NCBI GenBank assembly: GCA_037138355.1
Contig: JBAXIL010000034.1
Location: 1-18,988 of the forward strand
Reading direction: 5' to 3'
DNA length: 18,988 bases
Source: a bacterium
GTDB taxonomy: Bacteria > Oederibacteriota > PGYV01 > Palsa-1178
The position numbers were made by a program, and so were the translations under genes. Positions 6,634 to 14,599 of this stretch are shown piece by piece (the first letter of the stretch is position 1; the number at the start of each line of letters is the position of its first letter). The notes under the pieces were generated by a model. It was not told the DNA's origin and ran no database searches. It saw only the letters and a program-made list of their open reading frames with translations.

Positions 6634-8955
6634 TTATTTTAGAATAATGAGTTCTTGCGGTTTTGATATAGCATTCATACCACCTACTGATTTTCCAATC
6701 ACCACAATATAGTATATTCCAGACGATAAATATTTTAATCGATCTTTCATAATAATAACCGTAACTTCTTTTGTACTTTGTGCCCCACATTCGGCCTCCA
6801 TTATCCTACGGAAAGCTGCAGTATATATCCTAAACTTCAATTCCGACGCCGCCTGAGTTATTAATATATTCATTTTCAAATCCTCGTTTTTTGGATTATA
6901 TGGGTTTGGATAAACAATAGCATTTGTTATAGTAAAATTATTTTCCCAAACGATTGTCATTGTAGGCTGAACAGTTACAACTTGTGTAAATGTAGCTGTA
7001 GAAGTCATGGTTTGAATTATAGCTGTCATAGTTGCTGAAGGCATTGCTGTTAATGTTTTAGTTGATGTAACAATTATTGTTTTTGAAGCCGTAATTGTCA
7101 GAGCTGGTACATTAGATGGTGTCGGGGTAACCGTTGCAGTCGCCAAATGAAGTTCCCTATATGCATAAACTGACATCTGTGCCGCATTAGTAGTAGCCGG
7201 GACTCCCTGTCCATTTAAATATGTTGCTACACTATTCAACACATTATATGTATTCCCACCCACATAACTTCCATTCATATTGTTGGCATTATTTGCCACC
7301 TGCGCAAGGATGTAGCTCGAAGCGTACCAATCTCCAGCGACAGGGTCTGTAGTGGCAATAAATTTACCCGCATATGAATGCACATCTCCAGCCTTGTTTG
7401 GACCAGTCCTTGCAACCCACTCAGCATCAATAAAACATATTTTTTCTCTTACGATTATGTGTGTCCTCGCCACAAGGTGGCTTGACGCCCAGAAGAAATT
7501 ATGTCGGTCAGCATTATAAAATGACGCATCGCAGGAAAGCATTCCAACCCAACATTTTGTAGCGCAAGTCACTGCACCAAAATCATCGTGAGCCTTAAGC
7601 ACAGGAAAATTTATTACACTTAATCTTCCCTTATCATACGCCCCACCTTCCCATACACCATATCTTAACGAAACATATTTGCCACCAGATGTGGTGAACT
7701 TCGGCCAGTTCTCACTATTTAATCCTCCTGTTTGTACATAACCTTCATTCATATCGCCTGTATTATATTCATTTACTTTTATATTTGAAATAGCAGCCCA
7801 GCACCTAAAACTAACTGCATAACCTTTTGCCTTAAAAGTATTGCATACATCCACAACCGACTGGTTTATAAAATATGAATTGTTATCCTGCTGATTTATA
7901 CCTTCCACTGGATTACCCCATAAAAGTTGTGTATCGTCCGCCACCACTATTTCACCTGTAAATCCGTTGGGATGGTTTAAAAGTTTCCATATTACACCCT
8001 TTATCCTATCAGTATTAGTACCATTTCTGTAATCCCACTGAAAATTGCCTTTGATTATAACAACATCATTCGAGCCAAATAATCCTGTTGGATGGGCAGT
8101 TGTTTTATAAAAATACTGCCCCTTAGCATCCATAAGTTCTACCATCATATCAACTGCCCCATCGTTTAGATATGCGTCAGGCACTCCAGCATTACCATCT
8201 TCCAAAGAACCTATAGGCTGTGGGGTGTTATCTACAACATATATTTTTGAAACAGGATTAATATTTTCCCAAGTAGGTAAGGGATCTGTCACTGCTGAAA
8301 ACAGATAATGCGGAAAATTCACAACCGCATAAACAGACATAAACAGAGCTGCAACAATTACGGAAACCTTGAGGTACCTACGAATAAAAAATCCACCGAA
8401 CAAAAATCCAACAATACCAGCAACCCAGGTGACAGCTATAGGGATAGCTGCCTGCTGACATGGATAAATAATCCTTTTAGGATTTGTACCAGACCTTATT
8501 ATTAACCAAACAAAAGCTATAAAACCTAAAAAAAAGTAAAACCATTTATTTAAAAAATCCTTTAGTTTTATTCCCTTGTCTTTACCCACACTTTTTTCAA
8601 GTTCAAGACAAAATGGCTTTTCATAAATAGAATAATCGGCCTTTCCAGCAATCGCAAAAGTACTGACTTTACTACCAGCAAAAACGGTTTTAGACTCTTC
8701 AAGTGTTCTACCTGTGACAGAAACATCATCTGCTATAAGAATGCGCTTACCATAAAACTCACCTGATTTTATCCTACTGGCTGTAAGAAAACTTTTTATA
8801 GGCGTCTCGACAAACACAGCTCCTGATACCTGTGCCGCAATTTTTGCAGCAACAATTCCACGGTAACTGGCTGCTATAACATAATCAAAACTATCAAGAC
8901 CTAATTTTCTTGTCAGTTCCAGCACTGTTTTTTCTGTTATTAACTGTTTTTTCAT
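6634..8955 (-). CDS. Multidomain protein: type I PRTase-like domain, TM segments, DUF362-like domain, Thr-rich linker, YPNP-type C-terminal domain
   Basis: KRILIADDVSVTGRTL (PRPP-binding loop); WLIIRSGTNPKRIIYPCQQAA among hydrophobic helices; DVVIIKGNFQW, PVLKAH, GAVTCATKCWVG and DPVAGD (DUF362-like); TATVTPTP linker; VYPNPYNP...LSSGIYYIV. AAGGA SD. Confidence 0.75.
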   Translation of the reverse strand: MKKQLITEKTVLELTRKLGLDSFDYVIAASYRGIVAAKIAAQVSGAVFVETPIKSFLTASRIKSGEFYGKRILIADDVSVTGRTLEESKTVFAGSKVSTFAIAGKADYSIYEKPFCLELEKSVGKDKGIKLKDFLNKWFYFFLGFIAFVWLIIRSGTNPKRIIYPCQQAAIPIAVTWVAGIVGFLFGGFFIRRYLKVSVIVAALFMSVYAVVNFPHYLFSAVTDPLPTWENINPVSKIYVVDNTPQPIGSLEDGNAGVPDAYLNDGAVDMMVELMDAKGQYFYKTTAHPTGLFGSNDVVIIKGNFQWDYRNGTNTDRIKGVIWKLLNHPNGFTGEIVVADDTQLLWGNPVEGINQQDNNSYFINQSVVDVCNTFKAKGYAVSFRCWAAISNIKVNEYNTGDMNEGYVQTGGLNSENWPKFTTSGGKYVSLRYGVWEGGAYDKGRLSVINFPVLKAHDDFGAVTCATKCWVGMLSCDASFYNADRHNFFWASSHLVARTHIIVREKICFIDAEWVARTGPNKAGDVHSYAGKFIATTDPVAGDWYASSYILAQVANNANNMNGSYVGGNTYNVLNSVATYLNGQGVPATTNAAQMSVYAYRELHLATATVTPTPSNVPALTITASKTIIVTSTKTLTAMPSATMTAIIQTMTSTATFTQVVTVQPTMTIVWENNFTITNAIVYPNPYNPKNEDLKMNILITQAASELKFRIYTAAFRRIMEAECGAQSTKEVTVIIMKDRLKYLSSGIYYIVVIGKSVGGMNAISKPQELIILK

Positions 8956-9005
8956 TTTAGTCCTTTTACAGTATTTAAGCAGTTACAGTCATACACTATT
9001 ACTCA

Positions 9006-9034
9006 ATAATATTTACCCGTATATACTTTGACAA
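9006..9034 (-). promoter_or_regulatory. Putative promoter for the PRTase-DUF362 gene
   Basis: TTGTCA (9034-9029), 17 nt, TATTAT (9011-9006). Confidence 0.5.
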
Positions 9035-9101
9035 TTGTAATACACAATAGTTGCTATAACAACACAATATCGCAGAAACTAATACTTCTTTTATCTAAAT
9101 G

Positions 9102-9131
9102 AAAAAGGGCGGATTTTCATCCGCCCTTTTT
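9102..9131. terminator. Intrinsic terminator downstream of the GyrI-like gene
   Basis: AAAAAGGGCGGAT-tttc-ATCCGCCCTTTTT, a perfect inverted repeat with T-tracts on both strands. Confidence 0.88.
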
Positions 9132-9151
9132 AACAATATCAAAACTTAATA

Positions 9152-9697
9152 TTACATCATCAAATATATAACCTTTTTACCTGCCATATCATATATTTCC
9201 ACACTATATGTATAAGTATTTGGCTTTCCTGCCATATATTTATTGAACATTGGATATATTTTAATCATGCCCACAATAATAGAAAGCGGATTAATAAACG
9301 GATGTTCCGATATAAGACAAATTTGTTTCTTAATTGTTTTAATTTTAAACTTTGTTTTTAACTGTTTTAGCTTTTTAATATTATTGCCTTCAATTATAAA
9401 GCCCAATTCACTACGAAGTTTAGTTTTTTCTACTTTTGCAGGATTGTCAAGATAAACACCTATACCTCTTACCGAGTCAATGCCAAAATCATTTTTAATA
9501 CTATTTATAATTTGCATTTGGAGTTTTCCAACTTGAGCATAATCTCCAATGTTTTCAAGGTAAGCGATAGTATATGGTCCACTTTTTGCCTCTATAACTA
9601 CAGGTTTATAAAATAACCCCGCCTGAACTAACAAACCAAATATGGCTAACACCAATAAAAATATACACATAAGAAAAAATACAATGATTTTTTTCAT
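9152..9697 (-). CDS. Membrane-anchored GyrI-like small-molecule-binding domain protein
   Basis: N-terminal TM helix; AY...GDY..VG, GIGVYLDNP..V...KLRSELG and VEIY motifs of the GyrI-like fold. AGGAGG SD. Confidence 0.8.
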   Translation of the reverse strand: MKKIIVFFLMCIFLLVLAIFGLLVQAGLFYKPVVIEAKSGPYTIAYLENIGDYAQVGKLQMQIINSIKNDFGIDSVRGIGVYLDNPAKVEKTKLRSELGFIIEGNNIKKLKQLKTKFKIKTIKKQICLISEHPFINPLSIIVGMIKIYPMFNKYMAGKPNTYTYSVEIYDMAGKKVIYLMM

Positions 9698-9755
9698 TTA
9701 TCCCTCCTTGTTTTATTATCTAATTTAATAAACATTCAACAACAACAGCTGTAAT

Positions 9756-10130
9756 TTAAATCTTAACAATGATAAAGATAATACCTGTTATAAGCGAAAT
9801 AGCCAAAACAAATGCTGAAAGTTTATGAACCAATACCAATCCTGGAGAATCTTTTTTCGAAACAGACAACCTTATACCAGAGATAATAATTACCAACAAA
9901 GCTAAGCTTGCAGCATGTAAAGAAATTTCCGAACCCGTTTTTCCAAAAGTTACTGCCGCGAGTCCATATATCGATGAGATAACTCCTGCAATTACAAATA
10001 CAGTTAAGATTCCGTGGATAACCAGCAATACAACATTGTATGGCTTTTTTGTACCAAGAAAGAATCCTATAACTGCTTCAATCAAAAACCATGCTCCTGT
10101 AACAATAACAAATGTTAGCACTTGATTCAT
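9756..10130 (-). CDS. Hypothetical four-TM membrane protein
   Basis: 124 aa, four hydrophobic segments, AGGAG SD, upstream promoter-like sequence. Confidence 0.75.
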   Translation of the reverse strand: MNQVLTFVIVTGAWFLIEAVIGFFLGTKKPYNVVLLVIHGILTVFVIAGVISSIYGLAAVTFGKTGSEISLHAASLALLVIIISGIRLSVSKKDSPGLVLVHKLSAFVLAISLITGIIFIIVKI

Positions 10131-10193
10131 AATAGCTCCTTTTTTTATTATTAGAACTTCATGATTTTACTTCTTTTTCTATTACCTATAATG

Positions 10194-10223
10194 ATTATAT
10201 ATCAACCATTTTCGCAAAGTCAA
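10194..10223 (-). promoter_or_regulatory. Putative promoter for the membrane protein/GyrI-like unit
   Basis: TTGACT (10223-10218), 18 nt, TATAAT (10199-10194). Confidence 0.55.
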
Positions 10224-10310
10224 GGGGAAAGGTATAAGTGCTGTTTGGGACGGATGAAATTTAGAATATGTACAAATAACCGTCAACTTTCATTTAGCTT
10301 AATATCTCCA

Positions 10311-10390
10311 GAAAGTAGATAGTAGATAGGTGATCGTAGGAGAAAGTTGTTGTTTTATCTACTCTCACCTCTCAACTTTCTCCTACTCTA
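10311..10390. repeat. Purine-rich/pyrimidine-rich heptamer-like inverted repeat element
   Basis: GTAGGAGAAAGTTG (10336-10349) and CAACTTTCTCCTAC (10373-10386) form a perfect 14-bp inverted repeat. Units AGTAGAT AGTAGAT AGGTGAT on the left are mirrored by ATCTACT and TCACCT on the right. Confidence 0.6.
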
Positions 10391-10427
10391 AAATAAAAAA
10401 GCCCGCTTAAGCGGGCTTTTTTATTTT
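10390..10427. terminator. Intrinsic terminator of tRNA-Asn (38-bp perfect palindrome)
   Basis: AAAATAAAAAAGCCCGCTT|AAGCGGGCTTTTTTATTTT immediately after the tRNA CCA end. Confidence 0.88.
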
Positions 10428-10502
10428 GGCTCCCCGGGCAGGACTCGAACCTGCGACAATGTGATTAACAGTCACATGCTCTACCGACTGAGCTACCGAG
10501 GA
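10427..10502 (-). tRNA. tRNA-Asn (GTT), CCA encoded
   Basis: Reverse complement TCCTCGG TAGCTCAGTCGGTAGAGC A TGTGA-CTGTTAA-TCACA TTGTC GCAGG-TTCGAGT-CCTGC CCGGGGA GCCA; 76 nt. Confidence 0.97.
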
Positions 10503-10533
10503 ACACATTTTTATGATAGCTAAATGATTAATA

Positions 10534-10615
10534 GTTTTATCACGAATAAAAATTATTGTCAATTATGAATTTCTCTGTTAAAAATGTTGACATTCATTTC
10601 AAATGTGTTTAATAT
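10534..10615. promoter_or_regulatory. Back-to-back putative promoters for tRNA-Asn (-) and the PfkB kinase (+)
   Basis: Minus strand TTGACA (10562-10557), 17 nt, TAAAAC. Plus strand TTGACA (10587-10592), 17 nt, TAATAT. Confidence 0.5.
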
Positions 10616-10660
10616 CTACATATATAGCTTCTACTTACTCTATTTTCTAAAGGAGTTTTC

Positions 10661-11554
10661 ATGAAAGACATTTATGCCTATGGGCTTGTGGAATTAAGTA
10701 GCATATATACCTTAAATGGACTATTCCCTGTCGCCGATTCTTATAAAGAAGTTGACCAGCTAATTGAACTTCCTGGAGGCGAAGCCACAAACGCAGTTGT
10801 TGTTTTAAGCAGATTGGGACTTAAAACCATTATCGCAGGCACATGGCTTGGAAAAGATGTTTATTACAAGATACAAAATTATTTGAAATCAGAAAAAGTT
10901 GATACTTCCGCCCTTGAACTTAAACCCAACTACAGTGGCCCTAAAGATTTAGTTTTTGTTAGCACTGAAGGTAGGACTATCTTCGGTTGGTTTGGCAAGC
11001 TTTGGTTTCATGGCAGGAAATGGTCCACACCTAAAGAACAGCATATAAAAAACTGCAAAGTGGCAGTTATAGACCCTTTTATGCTAAAAGAATCAGAAAG
11101 AGCTGCCCAACTTTGCGTAAAACACAATAAACCTTATGTAACTATTGACGAGAAGCCTTCCTTATATATAGTGCAAAATTCTACAGCTGTTGTGATTTCA
11201 AATGAGTTCATTTTACGGGAATACCCTAATGCTAATATTGCCAAACTTTTTGCGTCCTACACTGACAAATGTAAAGGACTTGTTGTGTTTACTTTTGGTG
11301 CCGACCATATCATATACGGCCGTAAAGGTAAAAAACCTGTGACATATAAACCAATAAAAATAAAAGCGGTAGACACTCTTGGTGCTGGAGATACATTTAG
11401 GGCGGGTATTGCTTATGGTTTATTGAAGGGTTTTGATGACGACAAAAACATAAAGTTTTCAAGCAATTTTGCGGCTATGATTTGTCTGGCAGGGCCTGGT
11501 GTCACAAAATCACCAAACTTAAAGCAATTAAATAAATACATAAAAAATATTTAA
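10661..11554 (+). CDS. PfkB/ribokinase family carbohydrate kinase
   Basis: PGGEATNAVVVLSRLG (first PfkB signature) and VDTLGAGDTFRAG (second signature). AAGGAG SD. Confidence 0.92.
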   Translation: MKDIYAYGLVELSSIYTLNGLFPVADSYKEVDQLIELPGGEATNAVVVLSRLGLKTIIAGTWLGKDVYYKIQNYLKSEKVDTSALELKPNYSGPKDLVFVSTEGRTIFGWFGKLWFHGRKWSTPKEQHIKNCKVAVIDPFMLKESERAAQLCVKHNKPYVTIDEKPSLYIVQNSTAVVISNEFILREYPNANIAKLFASYTDKCKGLVVFTFGADHIIYGRKGKKPVTYKPIKIKAVDTLGAGDTFRAGIAYGLLKGFDDDKNIKFSSNFAAMICLAGPGVTKSPNLKQLNKYIKNI

Positions 11555-11558
11555 TACT

Positions 11559-12794
11559 CTATTCTTTTATCAGACTGGTCCCTATAATACCACAGCGTTC
11601 TAAAATCCCATGCTTTTCCGCTATTTTTATCGCACTTGCTTTTATAGTAAAAGCGCCGTATTTATTATTTATATTATCCATGACCTCAGTCAATTTTTGT
11701 TTTTTCTGCATATCTTCAAATAGATATTCTTGTCTCTCCAATCCACTTGAAAGATTAGTAATACTTACTCCAAGCAAACGAACCGCTTTTTTAAGTGGCA
11801 TAAGCCTTTGAAAAATTTTCCATGCAAGTTCATATAACTCTACACCTGTATTAAAATAATGTTTTAGCGTTTCCCTTCCCGAAAACATTTCAAAATCATC
11901 AAAGCGTACTATCAGATAAACCGTTCTGCCTGTTAGCTTATACTCACGAAGCCGAGCAGCTGTTTTTTCTGACAACATTAAAAGAAAAGCTTTTACAACA
12001 GTTACATCATAAGTATCCTCTGGAAGAGTATGGCTGTGCCCCACCGATTTAACCGGTGGTGAATCATTATAAAATTTAACAGGAGTATGGTCTATGCCTA
12101 AACCTACATTTTTATAAAATCTCCCCATTACACCAAAGCGAGCTTTTAACATATCACCATCAGCTTCTCCAAGTTGTTTGGCTGTGTTAATACCCATATA
12201 CTTCAGCTTTTGTGCGATTTTATGTCCCAAACCTACACCTTGGAGCTGATCAACAGTTAGTTTTGCCATAAATGTTGGAACTTCTTCTGTAGTCAAAATC
12301 GTAAGTCCATCTGGTTTTTTATATTTACCTGCTATCTTTGCTACAACCCTATTTGGAGCAATGCCAATAGAACATGTAAGACCAAATTGTTTTTTTATAC
12401 TCTGTTTTATGCGCAGGGCTATCTTTTCGCCACCGCCCCAAAACCGCTCGACTTCGGTTAAATCCACAAAACACTCATCTATAGAAAAAACTTCCACTCT
12501 ATCCGTGTATTCAAGCAGAATTTTATGTATTTGAAGAGAAGTGGAAACATATTTTTCAATATTTCCTATTACAGGAATAACAAAAGGACATGCTCGTTTT
12601 GCTTCGTAAAGGTTCATACCTGTCTTTACACCATAGCGGCGAGCTTCATAAGATGCAGTTGTTACAATGGTTCTGCCCTCTCCACATACAACTATAGGTT
12701 TCCCTCGTAATTCAGGATTACATTGCTGTTCTACAGAAGCGAAGTAAGCATTCATATCTACTAAAAGAATTTTGCGTTCTTGTTTATCGGTCAT
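11559..12794 (-). CDS. dinB: Y-family DNA polymerase (Pol IV/DinB-like)
   Basis: LVDMNAYFASVEQ, TASYEARRYGVKTGM, SIDECFVD, CSIGIAPN..AK.A..KKPDG, little-finger KSVGHSHT, clamp-type motif QEYLF, then MDNINNKYG. Confidence 0.93.
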   Translation of the reverse strand: MTDKQERKILLVDMNAYFASVEQQCNPELRGKPIVVCGEGRTIVTTASYEARRYGVKTGMNLYEAKRACPFVIPVIGNIEKYVSTSLQIHKILLEYTDRVEVFSIDECFVDLTEVERFWGGGEKIALRIKQSIKKQFGLTCSIGIAPNRVVAKIAGKYKKPDGLTILTTEEVPTFMAKLTVDQLQGVGLGHKIAQKLKYMGINTAKQLGEADGDMLKARFGVMGRFYKNVGLGIDHTPVKFYNDSPPVKSVGHSHTLPEDTYDVTVVKAFLLMLSEKTAARLREYKLTGRTVYLIVRFDDFEMFSGRETLKHYFNTGVELYELAWKIFQRLMPLKKAVRLLGVSITNLSSGLERQEYLFEDMQKKQKLTEVMDNINNKYGAFTIKASAIKIAEKHGILERCGIIGTSLIKE

Positions 12795-12888
12795 GTATTT
12801 ACCCTTTCAAACTTAAATTCCTCTCTACTCAATCTTCATTGTTTTCTACTGAAAAAATACGAAACTGCTGTAGTTATAAAAACAACTT

Positions 12889-13008
12889 GTCATTGCGAGG
12901 AGCAAAGCGACGAAGCAATCTGTCTTACATAATAAATTCTAAAAATAATATAACTACGTCACAAACTCAGATTGCTTCGTCGCTGAAGAACTCGCTCCTC
13001 GCAATGAC
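12889..13008. repeat. Palindromic REP/RPE-like element of the GTCATTGCGAG...CTCGCAATGAC type
   Basis: Outer arms GTCATTGCGAGGAGC (12889-12903) / GCTCCTCGCAATGAC (12994-13008). Inner arms AGCGACGAAGCAATCTG (12906-12922) / CAGATTGCTTCGTCGCT (12968-12984). AT-rich 45-nt spacer. Confidence 0.85.
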
Positions 13009-13048
13009 GGGCAAATCTAAATAGCAAAAAGCAACAACATAAAGGCTA

Positions 13049-13291
13049 CTATCCATCAGCCTTTTCCAGCATCCAGACAAGCGTTTTTTTATTAAAGGAT
13101 AGTTCATAACTTCCACTCTCCCCTACTACAGAAAAATGTAAAACTTCAGCAGCTCCATCTATTGTCTTCCATGTATAAGTAGTTTCTTTTACTTCAATTC
13201 TTCGGTCTTTCCACTTAAACCACTGTGGACAAATTCCTTCTTTATTAAAAACAGCACCCACTTTTATTTTTTCATTTATCTTTGTGCTCAT
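13049..13291 (-). CDS. Small beta-rich protein between lexA and dinB (DUF6504/ImuB-C-like, tentative)
   Basis: Start overlaps the end of lexA by 4 nt. P.WFKWKDR..EV....YTW...HFSV....YELSF......WML pattern. Confidence 0.7.
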   Translation of the reverse strand: MSTKINEKIKVGAVFNKEGICPQWFKWKDRRIEVKETTYTWKTIDGAAEVLHFSVVGESGSYELSFNKKTLVWMLEKADG

Positions 13292-13872
13292 TTAATTTTT
13301 CTCATAACGCCCGTGACTTTACCCATTATTTTTAATTTTTTAGGAATTATGGGGCCATATTTGGGGTTTTCAGCGCGCAGCTCTATCCCATTTTCACCAC
13401 CATAGAATCTTTTTACCGTTGCTTCTTCACCTATCAAGGCTGCTACTATATCTCCAGTATTTGCCGTTGCTTGTTTTTTCACAAAAACAATATCTCCGTC
13501 AAATATGCCAGCCCCTATCATAGAGTCTCCCTTAACACGCAAAGCAAAACCATCTTTGATGCCAAAAAATCCAGCCACGCTATCTATATGCTCTTCTATG
13601 TTTTCAACTGCATCAATAGGAAGTCCTGCACTTATGCGCCCAAGCAACGGCAGACCTGAAAGCGGTTTTAAAAGTTCTATTCCACGCGATATGCTACTTT
13701 TTATTTTAATATAGCCGGCTTGAACAAGCTTATTTAAATGGTGTCGCACAGTCCAAGTTGAAGACAAGCCTGTGGCTTTGGCTAAGGCCCTTAAAGTCGG
13801 CGGCCGACCTTCCTCTGTATTTAATTTCACTAAAGCATCCAGCACTTTCTTTGTCTTATTACTTATGTTCAT
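13288..13872 (-). CDS. lexA: SOS repressor LexA
   Basis: wHTH PPTLRALA..GLSS..TV.HHL.KL, SRGI, cleavage site ISAG, catalytic Ser in VKGDSM, catalytic Lys in EATVKRF, ENPKY. Confidence 0.95.
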   Translation of the reverse strand: MNISNKTKKVLDALVKLNTEEGRPPTLRALAKATGLSSTWTVRHHLNKLVQAGYIKIKSSISRGIELLKPLSGLPLLGRISAGLPIDAVENIEEHIDSVAGFFGIKDGFALRVKGDSMIGAGIFDGDIVFVKKQATANTGDIVAALIGEEATVKRFYGGENGIELRAENPKYGPIIPKKLKIMGKVTGVMRKIK

Positions 13873-13905
13873 ATCTTTTTCTCCTTTTATATGAGAGTCT
13901 TATAC

Positions 13906-13934
13906 CTTATAGCACATTTGTGCTACATTGTCAA
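13906..13934 (-). promoter_or_regulatory. lexA promoter with an embedded palindromic operator (candidate SOS box, 13910-13925)
   Basis: TTGACA (13934-13929), 17 nt, TATAAG (13911-13906). Dyad TAGCACA-tt-TGTGCTA fills most of the spacer and overlaps the -10. Confidence 0.78.
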
Positions 13935-14006
13935 GAAAGTGTTTATTTGTCTTGATATGATTATGATTTTGCCCTACACTATTATAAATACTAAAAGGAG
14001 TTTTAT

Positions 14007-14582
14007 ATGAATAAAAATAGCAAGCTATATTTATACCTCGTAAATACAGTCGTAGAACTGGCAATTCTTATAGGGGCATTAATAATGTTTCACATCGGCA
14101 AAGTTCCCTACATAAAAGTACTGAATAATGTTAGACCACTTTGGATACAACTTGCGACAGGAATTGCGGCTGGCTTAATTTTCGGAATTATTTGTGGCTG
14201 GCTGATAACAAAAATTAAATTTTTTGAATCAGTTTTGAATCTCGTAAAAGATATGACAATAAACTACAAACTCAACTATTTTGATATCGTTATCATATCC
14301 ATAACTGCCGCCGTATGCGAAGAAATTCTTTTTCGCGGGGCCTTACAGCATGTATGGGGAATTTGGCCTGTTTCGGTTTTATTCATACTTCTACATGGCT
14401 ATTTTGACCCACGGAATTTGCGTATGCTGGCATATGGTTTGATAATGTTAGTTTTAAGTGCGGCAATTGGCTATACCTACCAATACTTCGGACTTTATGC
14501 CGCGATTACCTTTCATTTTATTTTTGATGTGGTGGTACTATCAATGGTTAAAATGGAATGGGAAGACAAAACACAGATATAA
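14007..14582 (+). CDS. CPBP (CAAX/Abi family) intramembrane glutamic endopeptidase
   Basis: EEILFRG, F.LLH and H...D motifs in a multi-TM protein. AAGGAG SD. Confidence 0.9.
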   Translation: MNKNSKLYLYLVNTVVELAILIGALIMFHIGKVPYIKVLNNVRPLWIQLATGIAAGLIFGIICGWLITKIKFFESVLNLVKDMTINYKLNYFDIVIISITAAVCEEILFRGALQHVWGIWPVSVLFILLHGYFDPRNLRMLAYGLIMLVLSAAIGYTYQYFGLYAAITFHFIFDVVVLSMVKMEWEDKTQI

Positions 14583-14599
14583 AAACGATCTAAATACAA

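Noticed and set aside
9028..9060. Plus-strand TTGACA...TATAAC promoter
   Set aside because: The spacer is 21 nt, which is too long, and no plus-strand gene follows.
10224..10502. Genomic island integrated at tRNA-Asn or tRNA-Thr
   Set aside because: I saw no integrase and no duplicated tRNA 3' end in the window.
12839..13024. 61-aa plus-strand ORF containing LSLRGAKRRSNL
   Set aside because: It is the translation of the palindromic element, has a TTG start without an SD, and is antisense to the SOS cassette.
14007..14582. CPBP/'Abi' gene as a phage-defence system
   Set aside because: The Abi label of this family does not imply abortive infection, and there are no defence genes nearby.
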